Positions 15,704-23,567 of a stretch of 24,000 nt of DNA are shown piece after piece. The notes below the pieces were generated by a model. The model was not told the DNA's origin and made no database searches. It saw only the letters and a program-made list of their open reading frames with translations. Numbering within the stretch: position 1 is the first letter of the stretch; each line of letters starts with the position of its first letter. The DNA is from Chroococcus sp. FPU101. GTDB lineage: Bacteria > Cyanobacteriota > Cyanobacteriia > Cyanobacteriales > Microcystaceae. The stretch covers positions 461,417-485,416 of the forward strand of contig NZ_BLJI01000001.1 in assembly GCF_017312365.1 (NCBI RefSeq), written 5' to 3'. Position numbers and translations under genes: made by a program.

Positions 15704-18037
15704 TCATAGAGCAAAATTAGCGTTTATCACTTGCTGAACTTTTTCAATTTGTTTAGGTGCTTCTATTTCTGTAAACAGTTGTATGGCTATTTTAAAAGAT
15801 TTTTTGTAATTTTCTCCTAATTGCTGTTGTGTTATTCCTAACTGATAATAGCTTTCTGCTAAATCACATTTCGCGCCAATTTCTTCTAAAAGATTAATCG
15901 CTTCTAACTGTTTAGTTATAGCTAAATCTAAATTTCTTTGTCTTCTATTAATTTCTGCTAAACTGATTAAAGCTTTGGCTCTAACTTGCGGATAATGACT
16001 CTTTTTAGAAAACGCGATCGCACTTTCTAAAAGTTTAATTGCTTTTTCCATTTCCCCCAAATTTACATAGGTTTGTCCAAGAATTTGCATAAAATAAGCA
16101 AAACTTCCAGTTTCTTTAAATAAATCTTTATTCAAATAAATATTATCTGCAAGTAATAAAGCTTCTTGTTCACCTCCTAAATAAGATGTTACTAATGCTA
16201 AACAAATCGATGCTTTTTGCGCCCAACGAAAATGAGGAGTATTTTCAGATAAATTAATAACTTTATTCAAAAAAGAAATAGATTTTTTAAGTTCCCACAA
16301 ATCAATATGATACAAACCAATACTGAGTAATGAATCTATTTCTAGCATTTTTAGATAATGAACTATCCGTTGGTTTTCTGTTGATTCTTGAAGACTTTTA
16401 ACGGTAATCTTAATCGTTTCTTCTTGACACAATATAGCACTTTTTATATTACCTGTAATCCAATATAAATCACCTAAAATATTATAAAGCTCACTACGAT
16501 GGGAAGGATTTTTGACCTGCTCAATAATCTGACTAATTGCTGTGAGAACAGGTTGCAGTAAACCCATCCTATAGAAAATACTACCAAGGGGTAAAAATTG
16601 TCCCCATTGATTTTTCTTAGGTTGTAGAATAACCTGACTCGCTCGCTCAAAATCATTAATTTCAAGATAATGATATAATGCTTCCCAAGCCGTTATACCA
16701 TCTTGTAATGTCAAAATTTCTCCAATACTTTCTGTCCAAAATTTAGCCGCTTTAATGTTTGTTTGCTGCCATTCTTGAGTACAACGTAAGCGAGTAATTG
16801 CTTCACAACGTATAACTGGATGTAACCAGTATTCCCCTTGATCATACTCAATTAAAGAGCGATGATATAAAGACTGAATCACTCGTTTACGTTGATTATT
16901 ATCGACATCCCAAAGTAAAGCTAATAAAGCTTTTCGTGAAAGCTTAGGAATATCTTGATAACGATAACACCCCAAACGACACAACAATTTATAAGCATTA
17001 AGCTCAAGAATTTTGATGCGCTCAAATTGACTAGCAACTAAGTTTTTTAAATCGATTTCACTTAAAGGATCATCTTGAATCTCTTGCCAATATTCCCGCA
17101 TATTTCCCGCAAAATCCGTTTTAATCACTCCACACAAAATTCTCATTGCTTTAGGGTTTCCTCCATAGGTTTTGTGCATTGCTTGTAATGTAGCAAAATC
17201 AATCTTTATAGAAGAAGCATTAAAATAATTTTCCCATGTTGGTAAATCTAACCCAGTTAAACGATAATGATAAAGATTTAAAGCAGGTTCAAAAATACGA
17301 TCGCGGCTAGTAATTAATGTGACAGATTGAACTTTTGAGGCTAACACTCGCAATAATTCTACATAGCCACTGTGAACAGGAATAAACATACCTTTAGCAT
17401 CTAGGGCAGGTTCCAAATTATCGATTATGATGCCAATCCGTCGTGTTTCTAGATGACGTTTTAACCGTCCCAAAGTAATACCAAACTCTCGTCCTGGTTC
17501 TTCTTGTAAGTCTTTTTTTAGCCATTCTTCGATCACATTTTCAACAGAAGTAATATTCTGAGTTTCCTTAGCCATTAAAAGTTCTAAGACCAACTCAAAC
17601 TCCTGTTGTTGAAAATAGTGTTGCGCTAAAGTTGTTTTTCCGATTCCTCCTTCTCCTTGAATAACAATGACTTTATTTCCTTGTTGAACAAGAGTACACA
17701 GGTCTGTAATATCACTGTTTCGCCCAACAAAATTTAGATTTGTCGCTAAAAATATCGATAAATTTTCTTCAGATTGAGTGAGCAACTTTCGTTCTAATAT
17801 GGAGCGAACATTACTTTTAGTGACCTTTTCTCCTAAAGCGATCGATAACAATTTCCATAACAGCGAAGCGACATCCTTAACGTATCCTTCAGTGCAGTTA
17901 TACTCATTGGCAATCTCAAGATACTTTTTACCTTGCCAAACTTGCCGTAAAATGGTGCATTGTAAATCGCTGAAATGTTTGCCAGTCTGAGTAAAAATTA
18001 GGGTATCTGCTAATATTAATGCTGCTTCTACATTCAT
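15704..18037 (-). CDS. STAND NTPase with N-terminal HTH-like module, NB-ARC-type ATPase and C-terminal TPR array
   Basis: Motifs seen: Walker A GEGGIGKTTLA (nt 17630-17656); Walker B RIGIIIDNLE; LITSRD (NB-ARC sensor-like); GGNPKAMRIL (GxP motif). Repeated TPR-like helices fill the last ~330 aa. The N-terminal 85 aa (LQCTILRQVWQGKKYLEIANEYNCTEGYVKDVASLLWKLLS) looks like a LuxR/sigma-r4-type HTH, seen at N-termini of many cyanobacterial multidomain proteins. Confidence 0.85.
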   Translation of the reverse strand: MNVEAALILADTLIFTQTGKHFSDLQCTILRQVWQGKKYLEIANEYNCTEGYVKDVASLLWKLLSIALGEKVTKSNVRSILERKLLTQSEENLSIFLATNLNFVGRNSDITDLCTLVQQGNKVIVIQGEGGIGKTTLAQHYFQQQEFELVLELLMAKETQNITSVENVIEEWLKKDLQEEPGREFGITLGRLKRHLETRRIGIIIDNLEPALDAKGMFIPVHSGYVELLRVLASKVQSVTLITSRDRIFEPALNLYHYRLTGLDLPTWENYFNASSIKIDFATLQAMHKTYGGNPKAMRILCGVIKTDFAGNMREYWQEIQDDPLSEIDLKNLVASQFERIKILELNAYKLLCRLGCYRYQDIPKLSRKALLALLWDVDNNQRKRVIQSLYHRSLIEYDQGEYWLHPVIRCEAITRLRCTQEWQQTNIKAAKFWTESIGEILTLQDGITAWEALYHYLEINDFERASQVILQPKKNQWGQFLPLGSIFYRMGLLQPVLTAISQIIEQVKNPSHRSELYNILGDLYWITGNIKSAILCQEETIKITVKSLQESTENQRIVHYLKMLEIDSLLSIGLYHIDLWELKKSISFLNKVINLSENTPHFRWAQKASICLALVTSYLGGEQEALLLADNIYLNKDLFKETGSFAYFMQILGQTYVNLGEMEKAIKLLESAIAFSKKSHYPQVRAKALISLAEINRRQRNLDLAITKQLEAINLLEEIGAKCDLAESYYQLGITQQQLGENYKKSFKIAIQLFTEIEAPKQIEKVQQVINANFAL
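16014..16021. repeat. HIP1 palindrome GCGATCGC
   Basis: Exact octamer. At least six further 7/8 variants are scattered through the window, for example at 8453, 9591, 17300, 17844, 20144 and 20347. This is a cyanobacterial genome signature. Confidence 0.8.
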
Positions 18038-18159
18038 GGATAATTTTTACAACCAGATTGCTCTTTAGTCTAGTCTAACTCTAGGATGCTGTTGAGCAAG
18101 TCAATATTAAGGCTAAATCACCGCAGAATAACTGAAATGTGAGGCAATTTCCCTGTAGG

Positions 18160-18187
18160 TTGATAGCTGTTTCTCACACCTTATAAT
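18160..18187 (+). promoter_or_regulatory. Near-consensus sigma-70-type promoter
   Basis: TTGATA (18160-18165), 16 nt spacer, TATAAT (18182-18187). This sits 33 nt upstream of the ATG at 18220. AGGA lies at 18207-18210. Confidence 0.5.
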
Positions 18188-18219
18188 CTAGCTGTAAGCC
18201 TTATATAGGATTTTAGATT

Positions 18220-18537
18220 ATGCTGGCACATCGTATCGAAACGACTATTAATCAGGACAAAACCCTAACCTTAGAAAATTTACCCTTTCATTCTGGTGAA
18301 CAGGTTGAGGTAATTATCTTATCTCGTCCACGGGAAGAGTTTTTTAGCACGTCACGATGGTGGAAACCTGTAACGTCATTGAGCGTTCTTGTTCAAGTCG
18401 ATCCTGAAACATTAGCTTGGTTTCAAGCGCACGGAGAAGACTATGAAAAGAGGATGGCTACTGCATTACGGATTTATGCAGAGGCACACAAGATATCGTT
18501 AAGTTCAGTAGAAAGCGACACAACAAAATTTACTTGA
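18220..18537 (+). CDS. Chimeric orphan antitoxin-like ORF: small AbrB/SpoVT-like antitoxin N-terminus joined to a BrnA-type C-terminus
   Basis: The N-terminal IETTINQDKTLTLENLPFHSGEQVEVIIL is typical of short cyanobacterial antitoxins. The C-terminal VQVDPETLAWFQAHGEDYEKRMATALRIYAEAHK matches the remembered BrnA pattern (D.D.L.WFK..G.GYQTRIN..LR.Y). No toxin ORF follows it. Confidence 0.55.
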   Translation: MLAHRIETTINQDKTLTLENLPFHSGEQVEVIILSRPREEFFSTSRWWKPVTSLSVLVQVDPETLAWFQAHGEDYEKRMATALRIYAEAHKISLSSVESDTTKFT

Positions 18538-18552
18538 ATCAATACTATCTAA

Positions 18553-18604
18553 TCCGACTTTTTCCGACTCGGTAGGTTATCGAAATTCCCGACTTTATTC
18601 GACT
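18553..18604. promoter_or_regulatory. Duplicated 16 nt composite motif CCGACTTTNTNCGACT (four CGACT half-sites)
   Basis: CCGACTTTTTCCGACT at 18554-18569 and CCGACTTTATTCGACT at 18589-18604. Half-sites are 10 nt apart within each copy, and the copies are 35 nt apart. The second copy ends 60 nt upstream of the ATG at 18665. Confidence 0.35.
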
Positions 18605-18664
18605 GACAAAGTTTATGAGTCTATCTAAATTGGAACAAGGAATACAAATAAGACTCAGTAAACA

Positions 18665-19612
18665 ATGCTTTCTTACAAACTCAATATCGATAAGAAAAGT
18701 GAAATTGATCCTAAGAAGAACATCTTAAAGCGACTTGATACGCTTATTCACCAATATCTTACCCCGCAAATACTAAACGCTCGTCTTGAAGATCTCCCTA
18801 TCCAATTCAAAAACCCTCAACCGCGTCCTTGGCAGCCCATTCACTGGCAGAATATTAAACCAGAACAAGTGATTGACATTAAATTAGAAGTATTTCTTTC
18901 AATTCTAATTGGTGCAATAGAAACAGAAGAACCTATTCGCGGTTATACCCAAACCAGTCGTCAGTATCTAGAACCCATTCACCCACAACTAGCCCGTTTT
19001 GTTGGTGGGATTGCTGCCCTTGATGGCACAATGTTAGAACTAGGGTTATGGGAAAAAGAGGAACGACAACACGCACCCGCATTAATCAAAATCTATAAAC
19101 AGCTTACAGGCAAACATCCTAGCTTTACTCTTCATACTCCGAAAACTTATGAACTTTTAAATAATCCCTATGATGACTTATACCGTCATGGACTTCATCG
19201 TGTCATCACTGAATATAGCGCGGTTTGTCTTTATCTGTGGTTGATGGCACATACTACTGGAACATTGCAACAAGTTTTTGCTGAACTACTACAAGATGAA
19301 ATCAATCACATGACTAAATTTTGGGGTTTTGGCTTATGGTTATTCCCAGAATCTTATCTGAGTCGAATTGGGTCTAGTTTACGTCAAATGTTTGTCCGAC
19401 AAAACGCTACTCAAGCGAGTCATATCCAATCTACAATCCATTTATTTCGCACTTTCCGCCGCATGATGGGTGTCTTGAATTGGAATGGTTGGTCATGGCA
19501 TCACAGACTAGAGTTAGTCTACATCTTTATTAAGGTTTTACATCTCCTGTGGCGTTGGAGCAAAAATCTAACACCACAATATTTAGAACAACTTTTTGTA
19601 ACTGAAGATTAA
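18665..19612 (+). CDS. Ferritin-like di-iron carboxylate protein (acyl-ACP desaturase / AurF-like class)
   Basis: The four-helix ligand pattern E ... ExxH ... E ... ExxH is visible: AIETEEP, EERQH, ITEYSAV, DEINH. Confidence 0.65.
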   Translation: MLSYKLNIDKKSEIDPKKNILKRLDTLIHQYLTPQILNARLEDLPIQFKNPQPRPWQPIHWQNIKPEQVIDIKLEVFLSILIGAIETEEPIRGYTQTSRQYLEPIHPQLARFVGGIAALDGTMLELGLWEKEERQHAPALIKIYKQLTGKHPSFTLHTPKTYELLNNPYDDLYRHGLHRVITEYSAVCLYLWLMAHTTGTLQQVFAELLQDEINHMTKFWGFGLWLFPESYLSRIGSSLRQMFVRQNATQASHIQSTIHLFRTFRRMMGVLNWNGWSWHHRLELVYIFIKVLHLLWRWSKNLTPQYLEQLFVTED

Positions 19613-19622
19613 TAAGTGACCT

Positions 19623-20372
19623 ATGAAACGAGCGACATCTATATTCTTCCCAAATCTGCCTTCTAAAATCCCGAATTCCTTACCGCGTCACGTGGCTATT
19701 ATTATGGATGGGAATGGACGCTGGGCAACTCAACGAGGACTACCCCGTATTGCTGGACATTACCAAGGGGCAGAAGTCGTTAAAGATATTCTACGCTGTT
19801 GTAAGGATTGGGGAATCAAAGTACTTACTGTTTATGCGTTCTCGACTGAAAACTGGGGCCGTCCAACCGTTGAAGTAAACTTTTTAATGCGTTTATTTGA
19901 ACGTTTGCTACGTGACCAATTAGAGGAAATGCAGCAACAGGGGGTTTGTTTAAGTCTTCTGGGTGAGTTAGATGCTTTACCTCTATCTTTACAACGGGAA
20001 ATGCAACGCGCAATTAATCTAACTTGTCAAAATCAAGAGGTTTATTTTAACGTAGCGATTAACTATAGTGGTCGTCAAGAAATAGTCCGCGCCTGTCGTC
20101 AGGTGGCTAAACGAGTGGAACAAGGAGAACTAAAAGCAGATGCGATCGATGAAATAATCATACAACAATCCCTATATACACTCGATCTTCCTGCGCCTGA
20201 TCTTTTGATACGGACTAGCGGCGAAATGCGTCTGAGTAATTTTCTCTTGTGGCAACTGGCCTATACTGAGATCTATTTTACTAATACACTTTGGGCTGAT
20301 TTTAATCGTGAGGAGTTTCGCAAAGCTATTGAAGATTATCAAATGCGCGATCGTCGTTTTGGTAAACTATAA
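19623..20372 (+). CDS. uppS: Isoprenyl transferase (undecaprenyl-diphosphate synthase family)
   Basis: Motifs seen: HVAIIMDGNGRWA, YAFSTENW.RP, IRTSGE.RLSNFLLWQ.AY.E. Confidence 0.95.
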   Translation: MKRATSIFFPNLPSKIPNSLPRHVAIIMDGNGRWATQRGLPRIAGHYQGAEVVKDILRCCKDWGIKVLTVYAFSTENWGRPTVEVNFLMRLFERLLRDQLEEMQQQGVCLSLLGELDALPLSLQREMQRAINLTCQNQEVYFNVAINYSGRQEIVRACRQVAKRVEQGELKADAIDEIIIQQSLYTLDLPAPDLLIRTSGEMRLSNFLLWQLAYTEIYFTNTLWADFNREEFRKAIEDYQMRDRRFGKL

Positions 20373-20386
20373 CTATCCATAAAATC

Positions 20387-21421
20387 TTATTTTTCTTTGG
20401 CTAAAGCATTATCAAAATAAACGGTTGCTGCTTCTTCTTTACCCCGCATTGAAAAAACCGCTACTTTGCCAGATTTAAAAGATTGATCCCGAAAACTTCC
20501 CACCCTTTTTCCATTAATCACACCAAAAATGAGATTGTTTTTGCAGACAATTCTTAAATTATTTTTATGATTTCCTGCCTTGATCGCTCCATCTTTTTGC
20601 CATCCCACTTTAGGGAACCAACCGTCTTTTGTGTGTTTACCTAACACAAAATTTTCTTTTCCATCAATTAATAAATAATAAAAATTTTCTGATGATTTGC
20701 CGTTGACTCTAGCGGTGATTCCATAGGCATTATTATCTCCACCCTTTATTTGGGTTACATCTGTGGCAAAATCAACATCTGTAAAATTCTTTTTTGTCCA
20801 AATTGAAGCACCAAAATGATAAGGAATCGGCTGTCTTTGAAATAAACTTCCTTTTCTAACAATTGAGCCATCGGTTAAAGACCAATTTTTAGAAGATTTA
20901 AAGCTTTCTTGTAAAACAACTTTTTTAAAATCACTGGTATTAAATTGTTGCATCCATAACCAATAGCCAAAAACTCCCGATATCCCTAGAATAATTGGAA
21001 TAATTGGATTTATAAGTAAATTAAATTTTTTCTTTTGTGATGAACGAGATTTAGGCGATGATTTTTGATACGGCGAATATGAATTAGAGGGACTGGAGTA
21101 GAGAGGTAGAGACGGTTGTGAGGTCGTTTTTTGATGTTTAATAACAGGAGGTACAATTAAAGAACTTTCAAGACTTGGTGATGATTTTTTACCCGTTGAT
21201 AGATTAGTTTTAGGTAATTTTTCTGCTGATGAATGAAGAGAAGATGATAAAAATTGAGTTTTGCTAGAACTCGGTGAATTTTTTCCTAAATCACTATTCA
21301 AGGATTTAGAATTGCCACGACGAATTATGCTAAATTGACGAGATTGACAACTTGGACATTGTCCAGGTTTAATTGATAAAGTGATTTCATTTCCACATTT
21401 TCGACACTTATAAATAGGCAT
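20387..21421 (-). CDS. Membrane protein: N-terminal Zn-ribbon, S/P-rich linker, one TM helix, C-terminal jelly-roll (DUF1080/LamG-like) domain
   Basis: CRKCGN...CPSC forms a CxxC-x17-CxxC ribbon. A ~110 aa Ser/Pro/Lys-rich low-complexity stretch follows, then the TM helix PIIPIILGISGVFGYWLW. The C-terminal pattern is W.L.DG....G.L...W....F.D.DF..DV....G..N.YGI..R...FYYLLIDG...F.LGK. Confidence 0.7.
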   Translation of the reverse strand: MPIYKCRKCGNEITLSIKPGQCPSCQSRQFSIIRRGNSKSLNSDLGKNSPSSSKTQFLSSSLHSSAEKLPKTNLSTGKKSSPSLESSLIVPPVIKHQKTTSQPSLPLYSSPSNSYSPYQKSSPKSRSSQKKKFNLLINPIIPIILGISGVFGYWLWMQQFNTSDFKKVVLQESFKSSKNWSLTDGSIVRKGSLFQRQPIPYHFGASIWTKKNFTDVDFATDVTQIKGGDNNAYGITARVNGKSSENFYYLLIDGKENFVLGKHTKDGWFPKVGWQKDGAIKAGNHKNNLRIVCKNNLIFGVINGKRVGSFRDQSFKSGKVAVFSMRGKEEAATVYFDNALAKEK

Positions 21422-21514
21422 AAGCGTATTCTGAAATAATTAAAAAAAGCCTTAAAGCTTCAATTGAACCACAAACTATATTTTATTAAGCATTTTTACT
21501 TAGAAAAACCACTG

Positions 21515-21556
21515 AAAAAAATTTATGAGAAAAGAGAGGTTTAATTCTCCTTTCTC
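21515..21556 (-). terminator. Putative intrinsic terminator for the cupin gene
   Basis: GAGAAAAGAGAG (21527-21538) pairs with TTCTCCTTTCTC (21545-21556) as a 12 bp stem with one mismatch and one G-U pair, around a 6 nt loop. On the minus strand it is followed by ATAAA then T7. Confidence 0.5.
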
Positions 21557-21626
21557 AATAGATATGTGAGAAGTTGATGAATCATTAAGAGTCTAAAATC
21601 AGTATTTGATACAGTTTAATTGAGGA

Positions 21627-22031
21627 TTACGCCTTATGACGGGAGTAATCATCTTGAAAGCGGATGATATCATCTTCTCCTAAATATTCCCCATTTTGGA
21701 CTTCAATTAACACTAATTTGATCACACCTGGATTTTCTAAACGATGAGCAGTACATTGAGGAACATAAGTCGATTGATTAGCCGCTAAAATTTCTTCAAT
21801 TTCTCCGCAAGTTACTTTAGCAGTCCCCGAAACGACAATCCAGTGTTCACTGCGATGGTGGTGCATTTGTAAACTCAAACGGTGGCCAGGGTTGACTTCA
21901 ATGCGCTTAATCTTATAGCCAGGTCCTTCTTCTAGAGTCGTAAAAGAACCCCAAGGACGCATTTCTGTCGCCCCTGTCGGTTCAGCAACCGAGATCATTC
22001 GAGACATCATGGTAGTAGTTTCTTTTGCCAT
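21627..22031 (-). CDS. Stand-alone cupin homologous to the C-terminal domain of type II phosphomannose isomerase (ManC-type)
   Basis: RPWGSFTTLEEGPGYKIKRIEVNPGHRLSLQMHHHRSEHWIVVSGTAKV...AHRLENPG...LIEVQNGEYLGEDDIIRF closely matches the remembered ManC C-terminal sequence. Confidence 0.88.
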   Translation of the reverse strand: MAKETTTMMSRMISVAEPTGATEMRPWGSFTTLEEGPGYKIKRIEVNPGHRLSLQMHHHRSEHWIVVSGTAKVTCGEIEEILAANQSTYVPQCTAHRLENPGVIKLVLIEVQNGEYLGEDDIIRFQDDYSRHKA

Positions 22032-22234
22032 ATAAATTTATCTCCAAAATAACAAAGTGATTACAAAATAAAAATTAAACTGGTGGGTATACGCTACCTT
22101 TGTACAAAGATAGCAGTTAATTTTAAAAGTGGTAAAAAAAGTCTGACCTCACCAAAAAATTGTGATAGAGTAAGAGCCAATGCGATATAATAGAAAATGC
22201 TGTCTAAATAAAGAATCTATAAAAGAATTCAGAT

Positions 22235-22537
22235 ATGGCTAAAAAGTCCATGATTGAGCGCGAAAAAAAGCGCGAACGTCTAATTGCTAAACACGCTGCC
22301 AAACGCGAAGATCTTAAAGAACAATTCCGTCTTGCAGAAACCCTCGATGAAAAACTAGAAATTCACTCTCAGTTACAACAACTGCCCCGTAATAGCGCAC
22401 CAAGTCGTCACCGTAACCGTTGTTGGGTAACAGGAAGACCTAGAGGTTACTACAGAGATTTTGGATTATCTCGTAACGTTTTAAGAGAATGGGCGCACCA
22501 AGGTTTACTCCCTGGTGTAGTTAAATCTAGCTGGTAA
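22235..22537 (+). CDS. rpsN: 30S ribosomal protein S14
   Basis: 100 aa. Starts [13 protein letters not shown] and ends [19 protein letters not shown]...RE.A..G.LPGV.K.SW. Confidence 0.97.
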   Translation: MAKKSMIEREKKRERLIAKHAAKREDLKEQFRLAETLDEKLEIHSQLQQLPRNSAPSRHRNRCWVTGRPRGYYRDFGLSRNVLREWAHQGLLPGVVKSSW

Positions 22538-22561
22538 TTTAAGTTAAGCTTGGTTTCTTGG

Positions 22562-22596
22562 GTCGTTAGGATGCTGATCTAACGACTTATTTTTAT
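22562..22596 (+). terminator. Intrinsic terminator of rpsN
   Basis: GTCGTTAG (22562-22569) pairs with CTAACGAC (22579-22586) around a 9 nt loop, followed by TTATTTTTATATAT. Confidence 0.65.
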
Positions 22597-22602
22597 ATAT
22601 GT

Positions 22603-22938
22603 TTAGCTTTGTCCGCAACAGCGATCAATTCCTAGACTCGCTAAAATCAGATCACTGACGGCATTAGCGATCGCAAATTCACTATAAAAGCTTTCTCGAA
22701 AATCAAAGGCTTGCATTTCCGTTACAATAGCAATCACCAATGAGCCAAGATCGTTTTCCCCTTCCAAGCGTTGTCGGGTATAAATTTGAGTCGCTCTTTC
22801 TGCTATTGTGGCATTTATAGGCTCTGGAATGAATTCTTGATCTAACCAGCGATGTAACGCATCACGTAACCATATCCCTTCTTGTTGGGGATCTCTCATC
22901 GGAGGCAAGGTTATCGGGGGAATCGGTTCAACGCTCAT
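22603..22938 (-). CDS. Conserved hypothetical protein (111 aa from ATG 22938)
   Basis: The ORF is coherent from MSVEPIPP onward. The longer form to 23055 would overlap aat by about 95 nt and its N-terminal 39 aa look non-protein-like. Confidence 0.6.
   Translation of the reverse strand: MSVEPIPPITLPPMRDPQQEGIWLRDALHRWLDQEFIPEPINATIAERATQIYTRQRLEGENDLGSLVIAIVTEMQAFDFRESFYSEFAIANAVSDLILASLGIDRCCGQS
22667..22674. repeat. HIP1 palindrome GCGATCGC
   Basis: Exact octamer inside the 22603-22938 gene. Confidence 0.8.
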
Positions 22939-22959
22939 GACGAGAATTAGTTTTAATGA

Positions 22960-23556
22960 GTGATCAAGGGGAGAGGGGTGATCAAAGTGGATACTGCATC
23001 TATTATACAAGGCTATGCTCACGGTTATTTTCTGATGGCAGACGATCGCGGTCAATTGGGATGGTATACAAGTCGTAAACGTGCTTTAATCCCTTTAGAT
23101 CAACGCTTTCATTATCCTAAATCTCTTCGTCCTCTCATCAATCAAGAGCGTTTTAGTGTGGCGATTAATCGTGATTTTAAAGCCGTTTGTTCTGGATGTG
23201 CTAACCGCGATACAACTTGGATCTCATCTGATTTGATGAATGTTTATTTAAAACTACATCATGCAGGATGGGCCCATAGTTTTGAAACTTGGTATGATGG
23301 ACAGTTAGCAGGTGGAATTTTAGGGATTGTCATTCGGGGTGCATTTATTGGCGAATCGATGTTTTATCAGGTTCCTAATGCTTCTAAGGTGGCAATGGTT
23401 AAGTTGGTTGAACACTTAAGAAATCGAAATTTTTTATTATTCGATGCTCAGTTACAAAATCCTCATTTAGCTCGTTTTGGGGCTTATTTAGTAAATGACA
23501 AAGAATATAATCAACTTTTACAAAAGTCTTTAGCTCGACATTGTGTATTTAGTTGA
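22960..23556 (+). CDS. aat: Leucyl/phenylalanyl-tRNA--protein transferase
   Basis: [30 protein letters not shown]...NASKVA...L and [17 protein letters not shown] are the Leu/Phe-transferase pattern. The start is uncertain: GTG at 22960, 22978 or 22987. Confidence 0.85.
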   Translation: MIKGRGVIKVDTASIIQGYAHGYFLMADDRGQLGWYTSRKRALIPLDQRFHYPKSLRPLINQERFSVAINRDFKAVCSGCANRDTTWISSDLMNVYLKLHHAGWAHSFETWYDGQLAGGILGIVIRGAFIGESMFYQVPNASKVAMVKLVEHLRNRNFLLFDAQLQNPHLARFGAYLVNDKEYNQLLQKSLARHCVFS

Positions 23557-23567
23557 GTGAAATTTCA

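Noticed and set aside
1098-20013. Short antisense or shadow ORFs nested inside or overlapping larger genes (1098..1298, 2515..2748, 3186..3395, 10582..10767, 11757..12005, 14373..14558, 14928..15119, 16474..16665, 17778..17990, 19825..20013)
   Set aside because: Each lies inside or overlaps a much longer ORF with clear family motifs; all but 10582..10767, which is on the same strand in another frame, are on the opposite strand. Their compositions are typical of chance frames in AT-rich DNA.
22160-22191. rpsN promoter (TTGTGA ... TATAAT at 22186-22191)
   Set aside because: The -10 hexamer is perfect, but the best -35-like hexamer is 20 nt away. This is too uncertain to list as a feature.
22939-23055. 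N-terminal 39 aa extension of the 22603 minus-strand ORF
   Set aside because: The extension ([26 protein letters not shown]...) looks non-protein-like. It would also overlap the aat coding region by about 95 nt. The ATG at 22938 gives a coherent 111 aa protein.
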